This document shows, piece after piece, positions 14,763-34,239 of a DNA stretch of 64,000 nt. The stretch comes from the human T2T-CHM13v2.0 reference genome, Homo sapiens, in NCBI RefSeq assembly GCF_009914755.1, contig NC_060938.1. One strand, written 5' to 3'. How positions within the stretch are numbered: the stretch's first letter is position 1; every line of letters starts with the position of its first letter. A program made the translations under genes and the position numbers. The notes beneath the pieces are model-generated. The model searched no databases. It was not told the DNA's origin and saw only the letters and a list, made by a program, of their open reading frames with translations.

Positions 14763-17108
14763 CTTTATAGAATGGTCACAGATAAGGACAAATATGCTAC
14801 CTGGAGGACCATCTGAATCACACAAACTACAAATATGGAAGCCAAGGAGTGGTAAGATGATAGTCTGCAACACTATCTTAAGTCTAAACTGGAGTCTTGA
14901 CGATAGAACAACTTAAATCAGATAAATTCCATAAAAGTAAACAAATTGTTGGCATGACAGTCAATTATGAAGAAAGACATTTCAAAGATCTGAACACACT
15001 GAAAAGACTGACACACCAGAGACTGGTCCCGGGTATGTGATGTAGCATCGAGGTTTCTCTTTCTTTCCACCCTTCATTGGTAGATATAACCCTGAGAAAT
15101 AAAAAGGAAGCTAACTGTGGAAGCTAAATGTTTAAAAAAAAATTGCTTTTACATTGTGAATTTTGATACAACGATTCCATTGAGTCCAAGTAGAGATGTT
15201 CTAAAAAAATTCAGAGTATTCAGAAAGTGATAGAAATATTTCTCCAATAATAATTATTATTTTAATAATCATTTAATATGAATAATTAAAACAACTTATA
15301 TCTGTATTTTGCACCCCATTTGAAAACCTACTTTAACATTCATAATCTCCCTCAAGCTTTCCAAAAACTCCATGTGTTAAGCATGATGATTCCCATTTTA
15401 CAGATGAGGAAATGGAAGCACAAGGAATTAAACTTGACCAGGACAACACAGCCCAGCAGACCTTTGATGTTTTCTAGCCTCACAAAAATATCTGAATGAC
15501 ATAGATTTTATTTATATATATATATATAAAACAATTTCATTTAATAATATAGCATAGAAATAAAATCACAAATATACACACAAAAGTGTAATAGAAGTAG
15601 AACACTCTCATCAGTTCTTTGGGGGAAAAGTGGCCATATAAGGCCACAGAATAATTATTATTATTCGTTAAGGGAAAATAATTATTCTCTGGGGATATTG
15701 AATTTATTCTAATATTAATACAGCTTTAAAAAACCCAAAGAATTGTTTATTGTGTGGAAGCAGTGCGGATTATACATAAGCTAGGAACCTCTGGGAAGTA
15801 TGTTTGTCTTGGTATATGGCTTTTTATTTTTTTTTAATTCATTGTTTTTGTTTGGCCCAGTAATTACACTTTGAAGTTCCATAGTACAGAGAAGATGTAG
15901 CAAGAAAGCGGATTTGAATAGGTTTTTCATTGTTTCTCATAAAGACATGATTTGTAGTTACACTGTTTTCTTTTACGGTGTTTTCACATGACCAAATCCT
16001 CCCTTCCAGAAAAGAAACAAAATCAGCCAAATTGCCAACATTCTTCACCTCTGCCACCACTCAAGACAGCTTATTTGCATGTTACAGTGAAGGCTCTTAT
16101 TCGCTCTTTTTCTCCGGAGCCTTATCTTGAATCTAGACTATTTCATTGAAATCTTAAAATAAAAAGATGTAATATCTCTAGCTCTATTATTTTGATAATG
16201 ACCATCCTATAGAATTTAGTGCACACTTGACACTTTGTTCTTTTCTCAAATCACACTGTAAAACAACCTGAAAGGTTTTTTTCTAATTATTCATTTAACA
16301 ACTGATAAAACATCTCTCTAGTAGAAAGAATATGCACCTAGTGGAATTTCTCCTTATCTACAATTAAAGTCACCCTCCATTGCTAAACAATGTAACCAAG
16401 ATTCTGCAATACTAAGTAGACTCTTCAGATTCAAAGGACCCATTTGAAAAATTAAATTCTCTAATACAGCCTGAGTAACACCTGAGCAGAAGCGGAGATG
16501 CAAAGAAAAGAACATTTCTAAAGGGAGCTGGGGGAAAGGAAGACACAAAGTGTTGGTTTTCTCATCTTTGAACTGAGCCTTAGAGATGCCCACATGCCAG
16601 GAAGAAACCAACAAAACACAGAAAAGCAAAAACCAGGAGAAATCTCTAGGAAGATAGAATCTGGGACCCAGGAGTGGTAGGAAATGGCAGCCAAGAGCAC
16701 AAGAAAGTCAGGCACTATGGATAGGAAAAAGGCTGTGAGAACCTATTTCCCTCCAGACATGTTCTGGATGTTCAATCAGTAGGACCACCTTGGGAATAGC
16801 CAGCTGCACTAGCAAGCCAATAACTCCAGGATGGGCCAATCTCTCATCACCACTCCCCCAAACTGTATAGCCTCCTAATTACAGCTGTGGGAGGCATCTG
16901 TTAGAAAAGAGTAGCGCCTGAGTCGAAGGTACAGGGAGGTTCCCTGAGGGGCAGGATAAATTGGGATGGCTTCAGGCAGAGGAAAACAAACGGAATTGTT
17001 AATATCAGAATGTACTGAAGAATTTCTCTACCCTGAGGCATACCCTTCTCAATGTAACCAGAAGAGAAATAATAAAGAGGAGAAATTAGCGTAATAAAAA
17101 CAAAAAAG

Positions 17109-18778
<1,670 letters not shown>

Positions 18779-21261
18779 TTGTCCCTAATTCACAGGTGAG
18801 GAGTCAAACATTTTTTAAAGTCTTAAAATCTGCTCAGAGTCACACAGATTCTATATTTTCATATCCAATATTCAAACCCAGGTCAGGGTGGCTCCAAAGA
18901 TTATCCTCCAAATATGATCTTCACTACCTTTTCTAGAATTCCCTTTGGGAATGCTAACAAGCAGGTATGACAGCCAAGTGTAACTCAGATGCACTTTGAG
19001 ATTAGGAAGTCACCTTCTTGATCACCATCTCCCACTCAGTGTTACCTTGCCCATACTCCCCAGGGATTCTCCATATCTGAGGTAGGATGGGGAAAGACAG
19101 ATCATAAAAGAGGTTGCCTTTGTCTTTTCTAGTCACACTCACTCTGCCCTTCCAATTCTGTATCAGAATAAACGTGACCCCTTTTCTTTGATTTCTACAC
19201 AAAACACAAGGCAGGAAGGTTGAGTAGTGTACTGTGTGAAAAACAAAATATAAACAGTAGGTATTCCCTAAAGACTTCATGCTTTGCTTCTCAAGCTGTC
19301 CTCTGGAAATTCAATTCCCCTATTTAATTTGCAGAACACTGTAACTCTATGCTACCTATGGCTTGGCTTGAGTGTATCACTGCTGTTCTAGGGCTCATTA
19401 ATGTGCTTTGCTGAACAATGGATCAGCTTCTCTAGGTTCCCTGATGTAGCTGTCCAGAAGAGCAGGAGAGAGCCCCACTTTCTTCTTTGTCCTTTTTTCT
19501 CCCCCATTAGAGGTTTATTTCTCTCACCTATATAAATTGTTCTACGTACTTTAAAAGTCTAATGTTGTTCATTATAGTTTGTTTTATTTTTTTAAAAAAA
19601 GACTTTTACTACTAATAATACCTTAATTACTTATACTTTAATCACCGATAACCTACTAATAGGGTAATTACACAGAAAACATCAGTCTCTTTGAATGGAG
19701 GTAGCAAGAGATGCTCTTACTAATTAATTCTCTGGGGTGCTAGCAAGCCAGTATAGTGCTTAGGTTATAATGTTTTGGAGGAAAAGTATCATATTCATCC
19801 TAGACCCTGCTATTAATATACTCTCAGGTTAATACTTTCCCACAAAAGCTTTAGCAATAACAATTTAGTAACGAAGAGGCTAGTCTATGTTTTAGCCACA
19901 CTGGATGAGTGGCAGTTCCAGAACTTCAATTCTAGAGCCACCACAGGTAGTAGGAGGGCCCTGGGTTGTGAGGCCAGCTCAGAGGTGTGGCTGGAAACTG
20001 CCCAGACCCTCACTTGCAAGTTACAAAGAAAACCAGGGAAGGAAAATGAGCTCCTTTGAAGCAGAGAGAGGGAAGAGAAGAGCATAGGGCAGAGCCTTGG
20101 AATGCACTATTTCCGCAACGCAGAAAAAGCTAAGAACATTTCTACCATTTTTTAAAGAAAGGACTTAAGTGGTTCCTAAAACTGAGATCAATGTTTTACA
20201 TAAGTTCAGCATTTGTGGCTGCTGGAATTTTTATATCTGATTTCTGCTTTCCTCCAAACGATAGTCTCAGAACATTTTCTGAAATCTCAGAGGTAAAAGA
20301 TCAAGGCAAGCCAGGACCTCCAGCATTTGTTAAAATGTTTTGTGTAATCCATTTGGTTTATTCTGCTCCAGGGCAGGCTCATTTTAATCCTCATATGCAG
20401 TCCATTGTGACCCTTCTGCCCACAAAGATAAGAGGAGTAAAGCTTTTACAATAATGTAATATCATATCTGGAAAGGATTCCACAAATCCTGTGGTAAGAT
20501 TGCAATGAAAAATCCAATTTAGCAAAAGCTTTACACACAGACATGCACACATACAATGCAGTATACCTCCAATCTCTGAAGCTCATGGTAGGGAGGGGTG
20601 GGCCAGGGGAGAGACAGAAACCTGTATTCTCAAAAACACACCACTTCAGAATGCAAGTCTTACTACTGCAAAAATTGTTTAATATACATCGAATAAGTTA
20701 TTACATGAGTACTAAGATCTTTAGACTCTTTTTCCCATTTGTTCTGAATCTCAGACTAGCAAGATATAACTTTTTTGGTTTATCTTATAAATCTCAATTT
20801 TTTCTAGCAGAAATGTCTAGCTTTGACAAACCCAATTTTGCTTTCTGTTGCCCTTTAAGATATGTTGTTATGGTTTCAGAGAAAATTCCAAAATATTTCT
20901 GATTTTTAAGCTTACTGCTTTATGCTTAACAGTATTATCCAGATTTAATGGAGAATTAATAAACAAACACAAAACCAGTATGATGGTTTGCTAACCAACA
21001 GCAGTACAGTTAAAAGCAGTTTGCTTCCTCTGGGCAGATTTTGACCAACATTATCACAATGACCGTAGCCTATAACGGAAAGTGATCAGCTTCCCCCAAA
21101 GCAGCCGCCCAACTACCTGCTCAGGCTATTAATCTCTTTTCATTACCTACATTTTTAATCTACTTTGTGTGTGCTCCTTGTTTTTTGGGCAGGAAATGAG
21201 ATGCAGCAGTAAAGCCGTGTCCACCAAAGAAGAAAAGAAAGTGCCGATGGTGTGTGGGGTG

Positions 21262-21490
21262 GGGGCGGAGGGTTGAAACGAGGACCTACCTTGCTTCCTG
21301 TGAGAGCTAGAGTTGTATAAAGAAAATCTCTTAGATAAAATTCTCTCTTGTCCTTGGAAAGAGCACACTGCTTACTCTATAGTTAATTCTTTCACGAAAC
21401 CATTATTTGGTAACATAGTTAACCTTACCCTGATTAATCTGTTTCAAGTGTGAATCTTTATGTGTTGGATTTTGTTGGTGTCTTTCATTT
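21262..21490 (-). promoter_or_regulatory. Candidate minus-strand first exon or promoter (possibly a distal KCNH5 start)
   Basis: Minus-strand donor AAG|GTAGGT at 21290/21289; GC box GGGGCGGAG at 21262-21270; local CpG retention. Gene assignment rests only on my recollection of the locus. Confidence 0.35.
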
Positions 21491-21509
21491 GCTCAAAAAT
21501 TCAGTCTTC

Positions 21510-21818
<309 letters not shown>

Positions 21819-23158
21819 TCAGTCTTCATCTCTTTCTGATTCCACCACACCCTCTCCTGACAATTTCAGTCCTTTCCCCTTCTTTTGCACAGAAAACAAA
21901 CTCACATATTCACAAAAGCTTTCTTTGTGCCTTTCATTCTTCACCCACCCTTCTTTGGAACATCTTAACTTTCCACGTATCCTGACTTTAAATTCCACTG
22001 GCTTCACATTCCACCTTGTACTGTAGTTATTAGTTGGCGTGTCTCATTTCCCCAACCAGATAATCATCTCAAAGGCCACAGCCCTTTGTATCATCCAGAG
22101 TGTACATAATAGGTTCTTAATCGTTATTTGTTGGATTTGAATTATTTTGTTTCTCTCATCATCACTCAAGCTTCTTCTGACATTTGTGCAAGCAAATGAA
22201 GTTACAGCATAAAATCTAAAAACTCTGTGTAGCATGTAAGACTGATCATATAGTTGCCTCTGAATCAGCCTTTTTTCTAAGTATTAATCTCTCTCATCCA
22301 CTCCCAACTACTAGCCCAACCCATATATATTTTAAGCCACGTTGATTAAATAACAATCTACTGTATTATTTTTAAAGACCTAATCGTGTCACCTTAGGCA
22401 GATTCCTTGTCTTCTCTATTATAAGTGTTTATTTCAGTGACTAATTATACTTAACTAATACTGGTTTCTTTTTTCATCTTGTAGTTCTCCAGACCAACAC
22501 TATCTCATGCTTCTATGCTTTTGTACATTCCTCCCCTTCTTGGAATACTGCCCTGATTCCTGCTAACTCCCCTCTCATTCTAATGACTCTAAATTTAGAA
22601 CTGTAACCCCAGATTCTCTCCTGACCCCAAAACCATACATCCAACTGTTTATTTGGCATCTCTGCCAAGAGACACTAAAAGTCTATGGCATTGGTCCAGA
22701 TAAAATATTATAGTGGCCTGGATTAGGACTGTAGCTGTGAAGATGAGCAAAATAAGTAGAATTTGGGATGTACTTTGAGAGTTTTGTCAATAGGAGTGTC
22801 TGTGACATGTAGATGCAGGTTAGTTCACATTATTCAATGCCCAACATGAGACCTAGAGCACAGGCTCAATTCTCTGTTAACTTTGCTCCTTTTTATGGCT
22901 AAAGCTCTGGTGAAAGACTTCATAAGCATACATCTCGCAATCGCATGTATTTAGTTGTCAGGCACAGAAAGCTGGACTACAAATCACAAATCTGTTAACA
23001 CTGATTCAGTATTAGATAATTTAAATTCTTTATCTCCTGATAGGCTTCTTATTTTTAAAAGATCCAGGCTTGCACCTCCACTTTCCTTCTTAAAATTTTC
23101 ACTTGAAAGTCTCACAGTTATCTCATACTTAACATTTTCAAAACCAAATTCTTGTATC

Positions 23159-23631
23159 TTTTTTCTCTTTTTTTCTATTTATTTATCTTTATTTGGATAG
23201 TTTTAGGGGAACAGGTGGTGTTTGGTTGCATAGAAAAGTTCTTCAGTGGTGATTTCTGACATTTTGGTGCACTCATCACTTGACCAGTGTACACTGTACC
23301 CAATGTGTAGTCTTTCATCCCTCACCCCCTCCCACTTCCCCCCCCCACCCCGAGTTCCCAAAGTCCACTGTATCATTCTTATGCCTTTGTGTCCTCATAG
23401 CTTAACTCCCACTTATAAGTGACAACACAGGATGTTTGGTTTTCCATTCCTGAGTTACTTCACTTAGAATAATGGTCTCTAACTCCATCCAGGTTGCTAC
23501 AAATGCCCTTATTTTGTTCCTTTTTATGGCTGAGTAGTATTCCATGCTTATCCACTTGTTGATGGATAGGCATTTAGGCTGGTTCTACATTTTTGCAATT
23601 GCAAATTGTGCCACTATAAACATGCATGTGG
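23159..23631 (-). mobile_element. L1PB 3' end inserted in an L2
   Basis: L1PB terminus (GGGAACAGGTGGTGTTTGGTTGCAT...GGTGATTTCTGA); TSD AATTCTTGTATC at 23147-23158 and 23632-23643. Confidence 0.85.
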
Positions 23632-23643
23632 AATTCTTGTATC

Positions 23644-24285
23644 ATATGCTACCCCAGTTTGCTTTTTCTCCAGTGTTCTTTATCTCAAAAATTGCACCAT
23701 CTTCTACCCAGGGCCAGAAATTTAACAATTATCAGTTTAACAATTATCCTTCCCTTACTCCCCAGGTCCAATTGGTTGTGACATCCTAATAATTCTACCA
23801 CCAAATTATAACTTGAAGTCACACAGTTATCTCCATTTCTGTGACTACCTCCTAGTTCAAACCAATGACATCTCTCACTGGACAATCGTAAATAACTGCT
23901 TTTATGCCTCTATCCTAGACTTTCTTCAGTGCATTTTCTACACAGAAGCCAGAGAGTCAATTTAAAAAATGCAAATCTGTAACATCTCCTTCATTTAGAA
24001 TTCTTCAATTCTTTCCACCGTTTTTAGAATAAAGTTCAAAATCCTCAACCTTACCTACAACACCATGCACAGTTTTGCCTCCACCTCTCTCTAACTGAGC
24101 CTCATAACTCTCTCCCCCTTACTCACTATGCTCCAGACACACTAAGTTTCTCTCTGTTTTTACTACATTCCTTGATGACAGCTCCTTACCTGTGCTCTTC
24201 TCTACTGTATTCTCAGCACCTAGGTAACACTTTGCATATACATGTTCAATTAATATTTATTAAATGTATAAAAGAATGAATGGGT
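23644..24285. mobile_element. L2 fragment
   Basis: CACAGAAGCCAGAGAGTC...AAATGCAAATCTG...AGAATAAAGTTCAAAATCCT...TGAATGAATG tail. Confidence 0.65.
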
Positions 24286-24329
24286 TTTCAGGATCATAAC
24301 CTTTATGCCAGAAGAGGAGTTGAAACTAT

Positions 24330-24775
24330 TATGATCCTTTCAGCTGCAAGTAATGGAAGATTCAACTAACAGAGGTCTGAACAATAAAGAATTTTATTGT
24401 ATCAGACAACTAGAAGCCCAAGAATAGAGCAGCTTTGGGCCAGTTATTTCAGCTACTGAATAACATCTTCAAGACTCCAGCTTCTTCCCTTCTCTCTTCT
24501 GTGCCATTCTCAGTATGCAATGCCTCCCCTTATGGTCACAAGAAAGCTAGAACATTTCAGATATCATAGTCAATGATGACAGCCAACTAATAATAGGTGT
24601 GTTTTCCCCATGCAGCTATTTTCAATAATGAAAACAAAAAAAAGCCTTTCCAGAAACTTCTCAGAAGAATTACCCTCAGTTCTACACACCAAAAGTGAGT
24701 TACACGTTCTATTCATTCCTAAGCAAATCACTGACAAAGGAAATGAAACCACCACGACTGATGTAGACCAGTTAT
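24330..24775 (-). mobile_element. Old MaLR LTR (MLT1K/L-like)
   Basis: TTCAGCTGCAAGTAATGGAAGATTCAACT...TTTATTG start pattern. Confidence 0.5.
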
Positions 24776-25857
24776 GCCTTGAAGCTGGGAAGTTCGCTTT
24801 TCTTAAGCAGTGAAAGGAAAACAAGGAAACCAAATCAGAACTTTGCCAACAATGAAAAGTCGAAAGGTAGGGAGAAATGAGAAATGCAATTGACAAGAAA
24901 AAGACTATTAGACAACCAAGAGTGTCAGCCACAAAAGAACATCATTGTCATCATCATCATCATCATCATCAAAGTTCAAAAATAGTGTTGGCCAAAACAC
25001 ACTTCTCTATTTAAGTGAATTATTAGGACTTGAAATTATTTAAATAAAGACTTAAATAAAGACTTTAAATTAACTAAAGTTAATTCTAAAAACATGTGTT
25101 GAGATAGCATAATATTTCAGGGCATAGATTGTGGTTACATGTGGTTACACTTGACCCCACTTCAACCAAAACAGCTATACTTATTTCTGTTTAAAATATT
25201 GAGACTCACAAAAATATTTCATTTGAAAAAAAGGGTTCTGGATTCTAGGTGAAGGTAACAGCTAATTAGAGAGAAATGCTCCAGCATTGAGAGAAGGCAG
25301 CAATCGCCCTGTTCTCCTCCTCTCTTTAACATCCCTTCTCCATCTGTTTGCGGCCTCCTCTTCTACCTGTTCTTTCAATGCTGATGTACTACAGTCTACT
25401 CTTTCCATACTTTTTGTCTCATGTGTTTTCTTTCTTCAGCTTCCACTACCAATTTTTTGCTAATAAATACAAACCTCTAAGCACTCCTCTCCTGAGCCTC
25501 AGATTTGAACTAGCAAAGATTCAATGGTTATCTCCAACTAAACATCCCACAAACACCCCCAAATTCACCTAGCTAAAAATTACACCCAGCACCTATTGCC
25601 TTCCCACACCCCATCTGTACTTGTTCTTCCCTGGGTGTTCCCAACATCAGTAAAATGTCTCCCCATCAACTTCGCGCCCAGAGCAGAAACCTGCCCAGTC
25701 ATTGTCCAGTCCTCTCTCTTCCTCACTGACACATCAGAAAGTTGTCAATATTGTCACTTCTAACATCCAAATTTCTCTCACACCAACTCCTTTCCACTCT
25801 ACCCCCTGCACACTACTCTCATCATTTCTTGTATAGTTTTTTCTTCTTCTTAAAAAA

Positions 25858-25996
25858 TATTATTTTATTTTATTTTATGTTCTGGGATGCATGTGCAGGA
25901 TGTACAGGTTTGCTACATAGGTAAACTTGTGCCATGGTGGTTTGCTGCACCCATCAACCCATCACCTAGGTATTAAGCCTCGCATGCATTAGCTAC
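25858..25996 (-). mobile_element. Terminal ~140 bp of an older L1PA (PA8-PA10-like)
   Basis: CATGTGCAGGATGTACAGGTTTG...CACCTAGGTATTAAGCCTCGCATGCATTAGCTA. Confidence 0.75.
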
Positions 25997-29035
<3,039 letters not shown>

Positions 29036-29289
29036 AAACCCTGTGGTGGTACATCTGCCTCCTGTGATCTACCCTTCATCCTACAGCCACAGTGCGATTT
29101 CTAAAACAAACATCCAAAGCTATTTTCCTTTCTTAAAAGTTTTCTTTTTCCAGAGCTACAGGATAAAGTTTGAACTCCTCCCGGTACCCTGCAAGCCCCA
29201 TCATGATTTGCTCTCACTTCTTCTCCAGCCTAATCTCTTAGCCTTTGTCACTCATGGGGAGAGGTGGCCTTACTAATAAATTGATTTAG

Positions 29290-29500
29290 ACTCCAGGTTT
29301 TGAAGCCAGACTGCCTGAGCTTGAATCTTGGCTCTGTCACTTAGTGACTTACCTGAGAAAGTCATTTGACCTCTCTGTGCCTCTGATTTCCCACTGGTAA
29401 CATGGATGTAATAATATTCCCTGAAAGTTAAGTAAGGCAGTATATGTAAAGGATGTGGAAGAGTGCCTAGCACATAGTAAGTGCTCAATAATAGTTAACT
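29290..29500 (+). mobile_element. MIR
   Basis: GCCAGACTGCCTGAGCTTGAATCTTGGCTCTGTCACTTA...AGTAAGTGCTCAATAA. Confidence 0.75.
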
Positions 29501-29880
29501 GCCATGAACTTTACAATCATCCAATTTCTCTAAACCCGATGTTTTGTTCCTATCTCTGTTCATCTTCCTTGGATCCCCTTCCTTATTTTGTTTGCCAGAC
29601 AAAGTCCTTCTCCCTGTTCAAAAGTCATTTCTACTGGGCCCTTAAAACTTGAAAAACAAATTCTTAAGCCTGTGTTCTCCATTCAATAAAAAGAGACCTT
29701 GAAAATTTATAGAAAAAAAATTTTTCAGATTGCAGATCTAACATGATAAAGGAATTCTTCATTATTTATTTATTCATTTATTTATTTAACAAGCATTTTT
29801 GAATACCTTATTATAGGCACTACTCTAAGGGCAGAGAATACAAAGATTATCAATACAAGCATTCAAAATCAAAATCCAGA

Positions 29881-30448
29881 CTAGTGTTGTCTAGTAGAAC
29901 CTTCTGTGATTATACAAATGCTCTGTGTATTAGTCTCTTCTCACACTGCTAATAAAGAAATACCTGAGACTGGGTAATCTGTAAAGGAAAGAGGTTGAAT
30001 TGACTCACAGTTCCACATGGCTGGGGAAGCCTCACAATCATGGCTGATGGCGAATGAGTAGCAAAGTCATGTCTTACATTGTGGCAGGCAAGAAAGCTTG
30101 TGCAGGGGAACTCACATTCATGAAACCCTCAGATTTCGTGAGACTTATTTACTATCACAAGAACAGTATAGCGGAAACCACTCATATGATTCAATTATCT
30201 CCACCCGGCCCCACCCTTGATACGTGGGGATTATTATAACTCAAGGTGAGGTTTGGGTGGGGACACAGAGCCAAACCATATCACTCTGACCAATATGGTA
30301 ACCACTAACCAGCTGTGGCTATGAAGCATTTGAGATATGAGTTGTGAAGCTGAGGAAATGAATATTCAATTGTATTTAATTCTAATTAATTTAAATCTAA
30401 ATAGCCACATGTAGCTAGTAACTACCTCATTAGACAGGATAGTCTAGA
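29881..30448. mobile_element. MER3-like hAT element split by a THE1 LTR
   Basis: GTCTAGTAGAACCTTCTGTGAT... / ...AATAGCCACATGTAGCTAGT. Confidence 0.65.
29926..30283 (-). mobile_element. THE1 (MaLR) solo LTR
   Basis: TGTATTAGTC...GCCAAACCATATCA; 5-bp TSD CTCTG. Confidence 0.9.
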
Positions 30449-30978
30449 CCCATATATGAAGAAATAGCTGTCAGGTGAACAGGACCATAGAGAAGATATG
30501 TATAAAGTAACATGGGGCCACAGAGGAATGAGTGAACAATTGTTTTTAGGAGTTGGGGAAAAGCTTAAAATATTTGGTCACAAAGAATGAGTAAATTATA
30601 GGGAAATATGGTGCTAACTAAGCTTCCTCCAGCTTTGATAGGGTATGAAAAAGTGGTTGGCAACTGATCTGGGAAATTAGTGAAGCCCTTACAAGCTCGG
30701 ATTTGGTGTCACTGAATGCTTTCTTCAAGAGATATATATTGTTTGGTTGTTTTTCAATCCTCAGTATTACCAAAGAGGCACAATTTGGAGGGAATGTAGA
30801 GGAATGAATGAAGGTGAGGGAATGATGCTCTGCATCATAATGTGAAATATTTCATTTGGAGGGAAGTAGCCTCAGAATTTGTAATGCAATTGGGAATATT
30901 TTTCCATTTTGTAGGTTTATACTTTACTATCTCTGAGAATTTATACTGTCCTCAGAGTGTATGTGTGGTAGTGTGGGG

Positions 30979-31004
30979 TGTGTGTGTGTGTGTGTGTGTG
31001 TGTG
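30979..31004. repeat. (TG)n microsatellite
   Basis: Directly visible. Confidence 0.95.
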
Positions 31005-32933
31005 CGCACGCACATGTATGTTTGAGAGAGAGAGGGCAACAGCAACAAAGAAAGAGAGAAAAAAACAGTTAATCACTAACAAAGAATACAAAGGGCATAT
31101 TTGCCGCTCATTTAATAGAGAGATTTGAAGGGGAAGAAGTCTGAGAGCTCAAGCCCACCTAGATTGTCTCCCAGAGCTGGATTCCTTTCCAAGGCCATCT
31201 AAGACTGCCCCACCCAGATGTCCTAAGGCACATTTCCAAACTATCACTCAAACTTAAAGAAATTTACTATTGGGTAAAAGAGATGGATGTTGAGGCCAGA
31301 CTTGCCCCTGTGGAGAGAATTTCCAAAAGATGGGCAGAGATTCACCCAAAGGAAATTAGAAGAGAAGGTAAGCCTCAGAATACAGGAATAAGGTTGGGAA
31401 ATGTTACAGGGAATGATGATGGCCCACAAAGTGGCTATCTGACAATGATTTAACCTCTTGGGTACATTTCTGTTGAGCCATGGGAAAGATAATGCTTTGA
31501 AGAAAGTGTTAAATGTCTTCCTCTAGTACAACTTAGCACAGCAAACTCTTGAAAGGAAGTGAAGAAGAACATGAAGAAAAACAGTGATCCCTGCTATATT
31601 GTTTGTTATCTCTACTACCTCCTCCACCAAACACTCCACAGTGGCCCTTGAGACATGGACAATGTTGTCTTGAAGGAGCTGTGGGTCATTTGTTACTGGG
31701 TTTAACTCTTAGCAAATAAATTCATGTCCATTGGCAGAGTGAAGAGTAGTGAGTAGCAAGACAAGACTCAGAAAAGGAATGGTCAAATTAATAGAAGGGG
31801 AGGAGACCCCAGGCTGTTCCTTTCTCTAACACACACATGCACACACACATACACACACTCATACTCCAACTACCTAAATACACTAAGGGATGAAAAATGC
31901 TAATATTTTCATAACAAGGAGAAATACATTCCAATGAGGTTATATGCAATGTATTATCTAATATTTGAGAATTCTCCGTAAATCCATATACAGTAATACC
32001 TAATTGAGTCTACTTGAAGAAAAATACCAATCTGAATTTGTGAAAAATCTGAATCATGGATGATTTTTAAAGATATGCAATTGCATTACTTTTTAATAAG
32101 CTGTACACACCTAGTGACCTCTGCCAAGTAGAGGCCCACAAGATCTGCATTAATGGTTAGCTAGTTAGCAACACTGGCAAACAAAACCATTGGCAAGCAG
32201 TCTGCTAAAGCACCTGAAAGTTTTTGTGCACTTGCTTCCTTCTTCTCGTTTGACTATTCATTTGACACCTTTGTTCTTCATGAATGGTATACCTGTAAAC
32301 TCCAAACCAACCTTTGTTCAAAATTATACTAATGGAGTCTAAATTAATGAAATTTTACTTTATTCATCTGAAAACACCACCAGCTTAGTAGCCAACAATG
32401 TCACAAGCTGACAAGAAAAAGTGATTCTGCAAAACTCTTTTACTGAGCTGGTAGACCATGTCCAATTTTCTGGACTCAGTGCTCTAAAGAACTCTGCTGC
32501 CTCTCTTATTTTCAAAGTAGCTAGCTATAAATGTCAGTAAATGCCAGCCTCCCAGTAAGTAATGGGAAAAAGGAGAAGTTAGGAGATACTGAGTGCGTGG
32601 GTACTACTGATTGTCCAAAAAGCCTGTAGCGCATGGCATGGGAGATCAAATACAACCTACCAACCATATATTGTTTAAAGTATTAAGTAAGCATAATTTG
32701 ATTTAGGAAAACCACACACAACATAAGGAATATTATCAAAGCGAGTCCGTGAACATGGTGCAAGGCAGGTCCAACTTGAGCCTAAGAAGCAGATAGCAGC
32801 TAGAGGCAGGGTCTAGAGGTGCCATGCTGGCCTTGCATCCCAGGCAAAGCAAATCCTTTGCTGTTGCTTTCCAATATGACCCAACTCTAGCCCACAAGTC
32901 AAGAACAGTACTTCTTCCCCTTTGGGTTTCAGC

Positions 32934-33633
32934 CATGGCATGCTGGTAAATATTTAACAGTTGGTTCTCTGGGTGTAGTTCCGACCTGAATTTTGATTGA
33001 TGTTTTGGTTAATGTTAATGAGTAAGATAACTGTGAAATAATTAAAATCTATGTTGAAGCTTCACTAGTTCATCAAGGACGTGAACAGCTTCTTTGCCAA
33101 ACCACTTAAGAGTTTCCTAATACTAAAAGAATATTTTCTCAATTTGTTGTGCAATTCACAACAAAACAGCTAAACCACCACACACTGAAGTTTAATCTGC
33201 ATTATTAACATTTTCCCCACCACTTTCTTAGGTCTAGATAGACAATCAACACAACAATAAATGAGGTGTTCATTTGTAGCGTTTGCTGATTCCATGGTAT
33301 AAACACTCCCACTATGACCCTTCCCAGCTACCAACATGTTGTCATTGAATGCAGAATTGGGAAGAGATGAGCAGTAGCACACGATTATATAGTTTTCATC
33401 ACATAGACAAAATAAACATAAAAAGCTTCAAAGGCAGAGATAACAGAGTAAAATAATTAAGAAGTAATGAGTTTTGAATGTTTATTTCCTTTGTTTTTAA
33501 TATAATTTATTTCATTATAAGTTTACATAATTCACTTTTTAATGATGTGCATGTTTAACAGCCAGCTTAAAAAATTCCTGAATTTAACAACCAGCTCTCA
33601 GGGGCCAACAGAGCTAGCTCCAGCATACTACTG
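32934..33633 (-). mobile_element. MER63-family hAT-Blackjack DNA transposon
   Basis: Ends TGGCATGCTGGTAAATATTTAACA... / ...GCTCCAGCATACTACTG match remembered MER63. Confidence 0.7.
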
Positions 33634-33882
33634 TTGCAGCCATAACCTAAATATGTAAAATATTATCCTGAACAAAAGTAACATGTAATCTACTTGTATC
33701 CTTTAATATACCAGTATGGGTGAGCTTCAGAGACTAAACTTAGAGAACAGAGCACTGCAGGCAAGAGACACAATGCCTAAAAAAATTATGGCTAATACTA
33801 ATAACAACCCCCAAAATACAGGAATAGACACAAAGCATTAAGCATGTCAGAAAGGGGCTTGCATTAAGAAGTTCATGGATGA

Positions 33883-34215
<333 letters not shown>

Positions 34216-34239
34216 CTAATACCTATTCTCCTTATAGGT

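Noticed and set aside
15839-16060. Non-repeat short ORFs (also 20191-20454 and 20543-20902) as host exons
   Set aside because: No recognisable protein similarity and no convincing exon structure
23610-23631. L1PB at 23.6 kb ends about where the 57.2 kb inverted L1PB piece begins in the consensus
   Set aside because: Each insertion has its own TSD, so this is coincidence rather than a rearrangement
32740-32765. REST/NRSE-like GCGAGTCCGTGAACATGGTGC
   Set aside because: Both half-sites match poorly
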